Assembly (NCBI RefSeq): GCF_028641065.1
Contig: NW_026576313.1
Location: 62,001-121,914, forward strand
Direction: 5' to 3'
Origin: Leucoraja erinacea
Lineage: Eukaryota
DNA: 59,914 nt
The notes under the pieces are model-generated. The model was given only the letters and a program-made list of their open reading frames with translations, did no database searches and was not told where the DNA came from. Positions 48,573 through 59,914 of this stretch are shown in pieces (positions within the stretch are counted from its first letter, which is position 1; each line of letters begins with the position of its first letter). The position numbers and the translations under genes were made by a program.

Positions 48573-50463
48573 GTGTTCAAGAAGGAACTGCAGATGCTGG
48601 AAGATCGAAGGTACACAAAAATGCTGGAGAAACTCAGCGGGTGCAGCAGCATCTATGGAGCGAAGGAAATAGGCGACGTTTCGGGCCGGGGGGGGAAGGA
48701 AGGGGGAGGAGGAGGAGCCCAGGGAAGGGGGGGTTGGGAGGAGACAGCTCGAGGGTTAAAGAAGGGGAGGAGACAGCAAGGGCTAGCAAAATTGGGAGGA
48801 TTCAACGTTCATGCCATCAGGAGGCAAGCTGCCCAGGACGGAATATGAGGTGCTGTTCCTCTAATTTCCGGTGTTGCTCACTCTGGCAATGGAGGAGACC
48901 CAGGACAGAGAGGTCGGATTGGGAGTGGGAGGGGGAGTTGAAGTGCTGAGCCACCAGGAGTTCAGGTAAGTTATTGTGGACTGAGCGGAGGTGTTCAGCG
49001 AAACGATCGCCCAACCTCCGCTTAGTCTCCCCGATGTAAATCAGCTGACATCTAGAGCAGCGGATGCAGTAGAGGTGGGTGGAGGTTGTGGCGGCGAACC
49101 TCTGCCGCACCTGGAACGACTGGTTGGGTCCTTGAATGGAGTCGAGGGGGGAGGTGAAGGGACAGGTGTTGCATTTGCAACGGAAAGTGCCCGGTGAGGG
49201 GATGGTACGGGAGGGAAGGGAAAAATTGACAAGGGAGTTGCGGAGGGAGCGGTCTTTGCGGAAGGAAGACATGGGGAGAGATGGGAAGATGTGGCGAGTG
49301 GTGGGGTCACGTTGGAGGTGGCAGAAATGGCGGAGGATTATGTGTTGTATTTGCCGGTGGGGTGAAAGGTGAGGACCAGGGGGACTCTGCCCTTGTTGCG
49401 AGTGCGGGGATGGGGAGAGAGAGCAGTGTTGCGTGGTATAGATGAGACCCTGGTGCGAGCCTCATCTATGGTGGCGGAGGGAAATCCCCGTTCCCTGAAG
49501 AACGAGGACATTTCCAATGCCCTGGTTTGGAATGTATCATCCTGGGAGCAGATGCTGCGTAGGCGGAGGGATTGGGAGTACGGGATGGAGTCTTTACAGG
49601 GGGCAGGGTGGGAAGACGTGTAGTCCAGATAGCCATGTGAGTCAGTTGGTTTGTAGTGTATGTCGGTCAGAAGACTGTCACCTGCGATGGAGATGGTGAG
49701 GTCAAGGAATGGTAGGGAAGTGTCGGAAATGGTCCAGGTGTATTGTAGTGCCGGATGGAAGTTGGTGGTGAAGTGGATGAAGTCAGTCAGTTGTGTGTAG
49801 GTGCAGGAGGTGGCCCCAAAGCAGTCGTCAATGTAACGGAGGTAGAGGTCGAGGATGAGGCCATGGTACGTATTGAACAAAGAGGCAGGCGTAGAATGGG
49901 CCCATGCGTGTGCCCATAGCCACGCCTTGTGTTTGGAGGAAATGGGAGGAGTCAAACGTAAAGTTGTTGAGGGTGAGGACCTACTCCACTATGCGGGGGA
50001 GGGTGTCAGTGGCTGGGTATAGGTTGGTGCTCTGGTCGAGGAAGAACCGGAGGGCTTTGAGGCCATCCCGGTGGGGGATGGAGGTGTAGAGTGACTGGAC
50101 ATCCATGGTGAAGATGAGGGGGTGAGGGCCTAGAGAGTGGAATGCGTGGAGGCAGCGGAGAGTGTCTGAGGTGTCTAGAACATAGGTGGGAAGGGATTTG
50201 ACCAAGGGGGATAGTATGGAGTCAAGGTATGTGGAGATGAGTTCGGTGGGGCACGAACAGGCAGAGACAATGGGTCTGGCGGGAGAGCCGAGTTTGTGGA
50301 TTTTGGGGAGAAGGTAAAAACGGGCCGTGCGGGGCTGGGGAACGATGAGGTTGGAAGCTTGGTCGGGCAGGGCGTGGGAATTGATGAAGTCGGTGATGGT
50401 GCTAGATATGGTGGCCTGGTGCTCGTCAGTGAGGTCATGGTCCAAGGGTAAGTAGGAGGAGGT
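48573..50463 (-). mobile_element. Penelope-like element (RT plus GIY-YIG endonuclease), 5'-truncated and frameshifted
   Basis: FYLLPKIHK..RPIVS, TMDVQSLYTSIP, YLRYIDDCF, LPFLDL..HYKPTD and LYCIRCSRC..YIGETKRRLGDRFAEH. Confidence 0.95.
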
Positions 50464-51029
50464 ACAATAATACAATATACCTTTATTAAAGATACAATAA
50501 TACCTTTTATGCAATTATCACAACAGCTTGTTGGATATGGATCAACGAACTCTGTATGGTACATGCTCGTAAATTAGTAAAACAAATGTTCTTCTTTAAG
50601 TTCTGTTGTTTCTGGGATGGGGGTGACTGATAACAAATAACCCACATTCTGTATTTTGTCATAATGTGGTTGAAACAATGGCATATTTATTGAGACAGAA
50701 AGATACAACGGAATTTGGGCAAGGTATTACCTTGCAACATTCTGTATGTCTGATAGATATTGTGAAATGGAACTCAGAAATTATGGGAGGATTACATAAA
50801 ATTACAATTCAAAGGTAATGAATATACAGAGTATTCTTATTTCCATCATGAACATACAATAGTGATATAGGGCACCAGGTCCTACTACGGCAAATTCACG
50901 AGCTACTACGGTATGACTAATTGTTAAAAAGTATCAAAATTTTACATCCTGAGTATATTTTACTCGTGGACATTTTTCAACATGTTGAAAAATCTTCTAC
51001 GTTTCCCAAGTACCTGCCATTAGCGCTAA

Positions 51030-51610
51030 GAAATGGCGTTGGCCTTTATAACAAAAGGAATCGAATATAGGAGCAAAGAGGTCCTTCTGCAGTTGTACAG
51101 AGTTCTAGTGAGACCGCACCTGGAGTATTGTGTGCAGTTTTGGTCCCCTAATTTGAGGAAGGACATTCTTGCTATTGAGGGAGTGTAGCGTAGGTTTACA
51201 AGGTTAATTCTTGGATGGCGGGACTGTCATATGCTGAGAGATTGGAGCAGCTGGGCTTGTACACTCTGGAGTTTAGAACGATGAGAGGGGATCTCATTGA
51301 AACATATAAGATTGTTAAGGGCTTGGACACTAGAGGCAGGAAACATATTCCCGATGTTGGGTGAGTCCAGAACCAGGGGCCACAGATTAAGAAAAAGGAC
51401 TAAGCCATTTAGGACGGAGACGAGGAAACACTTTTTCTCAGAGAGTGGTGAGTCTGTGGCATTCTCTGCCTCAGAGGGCGGTGGAGGCAGGATCTCTGGA
51501 AGTTTTCAAGAGAGAGCTAGATAGGGTTCTTAGAAATAGCGGAGTCAGGGGATATGGGGAGAAGGCAGGAACGGGGTACTGATTGGGGATGCTCAGCCAT
51601 GGTCACATTA
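51030..51610 (+). mobile_element. CR1 family A-like 3' fragment
   Basis: VRPHLEYCVQFWSP-encoding sequence through the 3' UTR. Confidence 0.88.
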
Positions 51611-51879
51611 AATGAATGTGATATGAGAGTAAATTAGGTGTCAAATTCATCTCCTTTTTATTCCAAATCTGATGGGATAAATTGCAGACGATTTTTAAAA
51701 TCTCAAAATGTTGTAACGTTGCTAGAAAATGTACCTGCATCTTGGAGACCAAAGGTTAGGTTATTAGCAAAGAAAGATAGACTTCGTTAACCCTCAGTTC
51801 AACTAACGGTTGCTGTACTGAGATATAGCCAAGTGTATCCCTCTTTGCTAGCAGTTGCAGGGAGGGCAGGACAGTTGAG

Positions 51880-52042
51880 ATGGAGGGGGTCGGCCGGGAA
51901 TGTGTGTGGGCCGGCAGAAGGCGCTGAGATGCCAGTCGGTTCCGCTGTCCGGTGATGTCGGCCGCTTGAAGCCACGCGAGCTGCTTCCCTCCCCGCCACA
52001 GTGCGGTGGCTTCGCGCCCGGAGCGCCGCGGCAGCGGTGAGT
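51880..52042 (+). promoter_or_regulatory. Small CpG island ending in a strong splice donor; candidate first exon of an unidentified gene
   Basis: Dense CpG and GCG|GTGAGT at 52037; no TE motif recognised. Confidence 0.4.
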
Positions 52043-52244
52043 GAGTGTTATTGGCATGAACCGACCCGCTCCTTCTCAACGCTCCCACAACTTTATCCCT
52101 GGCTGGACTGGACACGCTGTGAAAGGAACTCTCCCCCGAATTGTCATGTTACTCACGACACGTGACTCATTTATAATTATTTATTTATATTTCTACGAAA
52201 ATTTTCACCAATTGGGCCCCGCATCTCCTAAGGCCGGCCCTGCA

Positions 52245-52670
52245 TGGCCAATCTATCTCTCCCTCCTCACCCCATTCTCCGGCATTCTCCCCATAACCCC
52301 AGACATCCGCACTAATTAACAATCTATCTATCTCTGCCTTAAATATATCCACTGACTTGTGGCCTCCACCGCCGTCTGTGGCAATGAATCCCACAGAATC
52401 ACCACCCTCTGGCTAAAGAAATTCATTCTCATCTCCTTCCAAAAGAAAGGTCCTTTAATTCTGAGGCTGTGCCCTCTGGTCCTAGACTCACCCACTAGTG
52501 GAAACATCCTCTCCACATCCACTCTATCCGGGCCTTTCACTGTTCGGTGAAGTTTCAATGCTCCCCCTCCCGCCAATCTTCTAAATTCCAGCAAGTACAG
52601 GCCCAGTGCCGACAAACGCTCATCATACATTAACCCACTCATACCTGGGATCTTTCTTGTAAACGCTAAC
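52245..52670 (-). mobile_element. Older CR1 3' fragment
   Basis: ORF 52328-52642: LGLY.LEFRR..SRTRGHSLRIKG..FFSQRVV. Confidence 0.85.
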
Positions 52671-53103
52671 TCTTTTGTCTTGCTGATGTTGAGGGATTGT
52701 TATCATGACAATAGGTGCAAGAGTAGGCCATTCAGCCCCTCAGGACAGAACGTTCTCAATGACTTCCCCATATTCTATCTCATTTTTGCTGCTCATGTGG
52801 CTGAAATCGGGTTCTGACCAGTGGACGGACATCTGGATCCCATTGGCCTGAGACCTGGCCACAAGTTGTGGGTGGAAAGGTCATGCCCCCGAGGGACATT
52901 GGTGTCAAGGGTCACGGTGGAGGGAATGTTCTGACCAATTCTAACGTCTGAGAAGTGAATAGTGATGATTTGTTAATTCATCGTGGCTGCAGCAGGTGGG
53001 CTCACTTCTGACTATACTCTACTATGGACATTTAAACAGGAAAAGTCAACTTTCTTTATTAACAATGAATGACCCAGAGAAGGGGGGATGTTACTCTTGG
53101 AAG

Positions 53104-56100
53104 TTCATAGAGTCACAGCATGGAAACAGGTCCTTCCTTCAGTCCAACTTGCCCACACCGGCTAACATGCCCCTTTTACACTAGTCCCACCCCGACCAAC
53201 ATGCCCCTTTTCCACTAGCCCCACCCCGACCAACATGCCCCATCCACACTAGTCCCACCCCAACCAACATGCCCCATCCACACTAGTCCCACCGCGACCA
53301 ACATGCCCCATCTACACTAGTCCCACCCAGACCAAAATGCATCTTCTACACTAGTCCCACCCGGACCGCCATGCCCCATCTACACTAGTCCCATCCCAAC
53401 CAACATGCCCCATCTACACATGCCCCATCTACCACCCCGACCAACATGCCCCATCGACACTAGTCCCACCCCGACCAACATGCCCCATCTACACTAGTCC
53501 CACACCGACCAACATGCCCCATCTACACTAGTCCCACCCCAACCAACATGCCCCATCCACACTAGTCCCACCCCGACCAACATGCCCCATCTACACTAGT
53601 CCCACCGCGACCAACATGCCCCCTCCACACTAGTCCCACCCCGACCAACATGCCCCATTTACACTAGTCCCCCCCCGACCAACATGCCCCATCTACACTA
53701 GTCCCACCCCGACCAACATGCCCCATCTACACTAGTCCCACCCCGACCAACATGCCCCATCCACACTAGTCCCACCCCAACCAACATGCCCCATCTACAC
53801 TAGTCCCACCCCGCCCAACATGCCCCAGCTACACTAGTCCCACCCCGACCAACATGCCCCATCTACACTAGTCCCACCCCGACCAACATGCCCCATCTAC
53901 ACCAGTCCCACCTCGACCAACATGCCCCCATCTACACTAGTCCCACCCCAACCAACATGCCCATCTACACTAGTCCCACCCCGACCAACATGCCCCATCT
54001 ACACTAGTCCCACCCCGACCAACATGCCCCATCCACACTAGTCCCACCCCGACCAACATGCCCCATCTACACTAGTCCCACCCCGACCAACATGCCCCAT
54101 CTACACTAGTCCCACCACGACCAACATGCCCCATCTACACTAGTCCCCCCCCGCCCACCAGGCCCCTCCTCCCCAATCCCCCCCCGAACAACATGCCCCA
54201 TCTACACAAGTCCCACCCCGACCAACATGCCCCATCTCCACCAGTCCCACCCCGACCAACATGCCCCATCTACACTAGTCCCACCCCGACCAACATGCCC
54301 CATCTACACTAGTCCCACCCCGACCAACATGCCCCATCTACACAGTCCCACCCCGACCAACATGCCCCCTCTACACTAGTCCCACCCCGACCAACATGCC
54401 CCATCTACACTAGTCCCACCCCGACCAACATGCCCCATCTACACTAGTCCCACCCCGACCAACATGCCCCATCTACACAGTCCCACCCCGACCAACATGC
54501 CCCATCTACACTAGTCCCCCACCCCAACCAACATGCCCCATCTACACTAGTCCCACCCCGACCAACATCCCCCATCTACACTAGTCCCACCCCGACCAAC
54601 ATCCCCCCTCCACACTAGTCCCACCCCGACCAACATGCCCCATCTACACTAGTCTACCTAGTCCCACCCCGACCAACATTCCCCCTCCACAACAATCCCA
54701 CCTCGACCAACATGCCCATACCTACACTAGTCCCACCCCGACCAACATGCCCCATCTACACTAGTCCCCCACCCCGACCAACATGCCCCATCTACACTAT
54801 CCCCCACCCCCGACCAACATGCCCCATCTACACTAGTCCCACCCCGACCAACATGCCCCATCTACACTAGTCCCCCACCCCGACCAACATGCCCCATCTA
54901 CACTAGTCCCCCCCGACCAACATGCCCATCTACACTAGTCCCACCCCGACCACATGCCCCATCTACACACACAAAAAGGAAGTCCCACCCCGACCAACAT
55001 GCCCCATCTACACTAGTCCCCCCCCGACCAACATGCCCCATCTACACTAGTCTCACCCCGCCCAACAAGCCCCATCTGCACTAATCCCACCCCGACCAAC
55101 ATGCCCCCATCCTACACTAGTCCCCACCCACCACCGACCACATGCCCCATCTACACGGCCCACCTCGACCAACATGCCCCATCCACACTAGTTCTACCCC
55201 GAACAACATGCCCCATCTACACTACTAGTCCCACCCCGACCAACATGCCCCATCTACACTAGTCCCACCCCCCGACCAACATGCCCCATCTACACTAGTC
55301 CCCCACCCCGACCAACATGCCCCATCTACACTAGTCCCACCCCGACCAACATGCCCCATCTACCCAAGTCCCCCCCCCGACCAACATGCCCCTTCTCCCC
55401 TAGCTCCCCCCGACCAACATGCCCCATCTACCCTAGTCCCACCCCGGCCAACATGCCCCATGTACACTAGTCCCACCCCGACCAACATGCCCCATGTTAC
55501 CATAACTACCCCCACCTGTACCAAGGTGCCCCATCTACTTCTAATACATAACCCCGACCAAACATGCCCCCCATCTACACTAGTCCACCCCCCCCCCAAC
55601 ATGCCCCATCTACACTAGTCCCACCCCGACCAACATGCCCCATCTACACTAGTCCCACCCCGACCAACATGCCCCATCTACACTAGTCCCACCCCGACCA
55701 ACATGCCCCATCTACACTACTAGTCCCACCCCGACCAACATGCCCCATCTACACTAGTCCCACCCCGACCAACATGCACCATCTACACTAGTCCCACCCC
55801 GACCAACATGCCCCATCTACACTAGTCCCCCCACCACCAACATGCCCCATCTAAACTAGTCCCACCCCGACCAACATCCCCCATCTACACTAGTCCCCCC
55901 GACCAACATGCCCCATCTACACTAGTCCCCACCCCGACCAACAACATGCCCCATCTACACTAGTCCCACCACCCAACATGCCCCTCTCTACAAGGTCCCC
56001 CCCGACCAACATGCCCCATCTACACTAGTCCCCCCCGAAAAACATGCCCCATCTACACTAGTCAGTCCCACCCGACCAACATGCCCCATCTACACTAGTC

Positions 56101-59100
56101 CCACCCCGACCAACATGCCCCATCTGCACTAGTCCCAACCCGACCAACACGCCATCTACACTAGTCTCCCCCCAACCAACATGCCCATACACATCATTCC
56201 CGCCACAACCACCATGCCCTATCTACACTAGTCCCACCCGACCAACATCCCCCCATCTACACTAGTCCTAGTCCCACCCCGACCAACATGCCCCATCTAC
56301 ACTAGTCCCCACCCGACCAACATGCCCCATCTACACTAGTCCCACCCGACCAACATGCCCCATCTACACTAGTCCCCCCCGACCAACATGCCCCATCTAC
56401 ACTAGTCCCACCCCAACCAACATGCCCCATCTACACTAGTCCCACCCCGACCAACATGCCCCATCTACACTAGTCCCACCCCGACCAACATGCCCCATCT
56501 ACACTAGTCCCACCCCGACCAACATGCCCCATCTACACTAGTCCCACCCCGACCAACATGCCCCATCTACACTAGTCCCACCCCGACCAACATGCCCCAT
56601 CTACACTAGTCCCACCCCGACCAACATGCCCCATCTACACTAGTCCCCCCCGACCAACATGCCCCATCTACACTAGTCCCACCCCGACCAACATGCCCCA
56701 TCTACACTAGTCCCACCCCGACCAACATGCCCCATCTACACTACTCCCCCCCCGACCAACATGCCCCATCTACACTAGTCCCACCCCGACCAACATGCCC
56801 CATCTACACTAGTCCCACCCCGACCAACATGCCCCATCTACACTAGTCCCACCCCGACCAACATGCCCCCATCTAAACTAGTGGGAACCCCGACCAACAT
56901 GCCCGTCTCTACACTACCACTAATACCACCCCGACCAACATGCCCCATCTACACTAGTCCCACCCCGACCAACATGCCCCATCTACACTAGTCCCACCCC
57001 GACCAACATGCCCCATCTACACTAGTCTAGTCCCCCCCGACCAACATGCCCCCCTACACTACACTAGTCCCACCCCGACCAACATGCCCCATCTACACTA
57101 CTCCCACCGGGACCAACATGACCCATGTAAACTAGTCCCCACCCGACCAACATGCCCCATCAACACTAGTCCCACCCCGACCATCATGCCCCATCTAAAC
57201 TAGTCCCAACCCGACCAACATGCCCCATCTACACTAGTCCCCCCCCGACCCACATGCCCCATCTACACTAGTCCCACCCCCGACCAACATGCCCCATCTA
57301 CACTAGTCCCCACCCCGACCAACATGCCCCATCTACACTAGTCCCACCCCGACCAACATGCCCCATCTACACTAGTCCCCCCCCGACCAACATGCCCCAT
57401 CTACACTAGTCCCCCCCCGACCAACATGCCCCATCTACACTAGTCCCACCCCCGACAACAACATGCCCCATCTACACTAGTCCCACCCCGACCCACGACC
57501 AACATGCCCCATCTACACTAGTCCCCACCCCGACCAACATGCCCCATCTCTACACTAGTCCCACCCCGACCAACATGCCCCATCTACACTAGTCCCACCC
57601 CGACCAACGTGCCCACCCCGACCAACATGCCCCATCTACACTAGTCCCACCCCGACCCACATGCCCCATCTACACTAGTCCCCCCCCCACCAACATGCCC
57701 CATCTACACTAGTCCCCCCCCCGACCAACATGCCCCATCTACACTAGTCCCACCCCAGACCAACATGCCCCATCTACACTAGTCCCACCCAGACCAACAT
57801 GACCTCATCTACATTAGACCCATGCCGATCAACATACCCCATCCCACCCGACCAACATGCCCCATCTACACCCCGACCAACATGCCCCATCTACACTAGT
57901 CCCACCCAACCAACATGCCCCATCTACACTAGTCCCACCCCGACCAACATGCCCCATCTACACTAGTCCCACCCGACCAACATGCCCCATCTACACTAGT
58001 CCCCCCCCGACCAACATGCCCCATCTACACTAGTCCCACCCCGACCAACATGCCCCATCCACACTAGTCCCACCCCGACCAACATGCCCCATCTACACTA
58101 GTCCCCACCCGACCAACATGCCCCATCTACACTAGTCCCACCCCGACCAACATGCCCCATCTACACTAGTCCCCCCCCGCCCAACACCATGCCCCATCTA
58201 CACTAATCCCACCCCGACCAACATGCCTCATCTACACTAGTCCCACCCCGACCAACATGCCCCGTCTACACTAGTCCCCCCCCGACCAACATTCCCCCCC
58301 TACACTAGTCCCCCCCCCAACAACCATCTACACTGTCCCACCCAACCCCTACACTAGTCCCACCCCGACCAACATGCCCCCATCTACACTAGTCCCACCC
58401 CGACCAACATGCCCCATCTACACTAGTCCCCCCCGACCAACATGCCCCATCTACACTAGTCCCACCCCGACCAGCATGCCACATCTACACTAGTCCCACC
58501 CCGACCACCACATGCCCCATCTACACTAGTCCCATCTACACTGGTCCCACTCCGACCAACATGCTCCATCTTCACTAGTCCTACCCCGACCACATGCCCC
58601 ATCTACACTAGTCCCACCCCGACCAACATGCCCCATCTACACTAGTCCCACCCCGACCAACATGCCTCATCTACACTAGTCCCACCCCGACCATCATGCC
58701 CCATCTACACTAGTCCCCCCCCGACCAACATGCCTCGTCTACACTAGTCCCACCTCGACCAACATGTCCCGAGAATCTACATTATGTTAAGGTAATTTTG
58801 GGAACCTGTAATAAGGTACCACAACATGCCCCATCTACATTAGTTCCACCCCGACCAAAATGCCCCATCTACACTAGTCCCCCCCCCGACCAACATGCCC
58901 CATCTACACTAGTCCCCCCCCGACCAACATGCACCATCTACACTAGTCCCACCCCGACCAACATGCCCCATCTACACTAGTCCCACCCCGACCAACATGC
59001 CCCATCTACACTAGTCCCACCCCGACCAACATGCCCCATCTACACTAGTCCCACACCGACCAACATGCCCCATCTACACTAGTCCCACCCCGACCAACAT

Positions 59101-59914
59101 GCCCCATCTACACTAGTCCCACCCCGACCAAAATGCCCCATCTACACTAGTGACCCATCTACACTAGTCCCACCCCCGACCAACATGCCCATACTACACT
59201 AGTCCCACCCCGACCAACATGCCCATCTACACTAGTCCCACCCCGACCAACATGCCCCATCTACACTAGTCCCACCCCGACCAACATGCCCCATCTACAC
59301 TTGTCCCACCCCCGACCACCATGCCCCATCCACCCTAGTCCCCCCCCGCCCCACACGCCCCATCTACACTAGTCCCACCCCGCCCAACACGCCCCATCTA
59401 CACTAGTCCCACCCCGACCAACATGCCCCATCTACACTAGTCCCACCCCGACCAACATGCCCCATCTACACTAGTCCCACCCCGACCAACATGCCCCATC
59501 TACACTAGTCCCACCCCGACCAACACCCCATCTACACTAGTCCCACCCCAACCAACATGCCCTCATCTACACTAGTCCCACCCTCGACCAACATGCCCCA
59601 TCTACACTGGTCCAACCCCGACCAACATGCCTCGTCTACACTAGTCCCACCCAACCATCGTGCCCCATCTACACAAAAAAAGGAAGTTGTACAGAGAATG
59701 TATTATGTTAAAATAATTTTGGGAACCTGTAATAAGGTACCACTGTATTGTACTTCTAATACATAAAATTTTAAAAATGCCCCATCGACACGAGTCCCAC
59801 CACAACCAACATGTCCCAACTACTGTAATCTCACCCTGACCAGCATGCACCATCTACACTTGTCCCACCCCGACCAACATGCCCCATCGACACTAGTCCC
59901 ACCCCGACCAACAT
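53104..59914. repeat. 34-bp tandem array (CCCCGACCAACATGCCCCATCTACACTAGTCCCA), ~195 units, continuing beyond the window; seeded by a minus-strand CR1 3' end at 53104-53190
   Basis: Period measured from ACTAGT spacing (56469, 56503); the array starts directly after CATAGAGTCACAGCATGGAAACAGG..CCAACTTGCCCACACCG. Confidence 0.97.

Noticed and set aside
53160-59914. CRISPR-like array (34-bp repeats)
   Set aside because: Head-to-tail repeats without unique spacers, no cas genes, vertebrate context.

Overview
Eukaryotic vertebrate genomic DNA, almost certainly from a cartilaginous fish (skate/ray-like, judged from the HE1-type V-SINEs, abundant CR1/HER1-type LINEs and the two-exon GPR139-like receptor). 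The window is repeat-dominated and contains no demonstrably intact protein-coding gene. Host-gene remnants on the + strand: a probable decayed C2H2 zinc-finger array (~190-1100); a divergent MHC class I pseudogene (alpha2 exon 2774-~3060 with the conserved Cys codon now TGA, alpha3 exon 5006-~5289, possible alpha1 remnant ~1830-2000); and a two-exon GPR139-like GPCR (8126-8195 + 12254-13164) with a single in-frame TAA. The middle is a deeply nested TE cluster. A hAT transposon (13997-23772, TIRs plus 8-bp TSD) holds three CR1 LINEs. An intron-containing THAP/P-element transposase is interrupted by a CR1, a non-coding Rex1-tailed retroposon and a Helitron. A second hAT copy is interrupted by an L2. 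Penelope elements with hammerhead-like termini and a Rex1 LINE are also present. A 26-bp minisatellite lies at 44165-45192, and the last ~6.8 kb is a 34-bp tandem array that visibly grew out of a CR1 3' UTR. There is an assembly gap at 30441-30644, and some stretches look poorly polished. All alignments were done by eye; no database searches were run.
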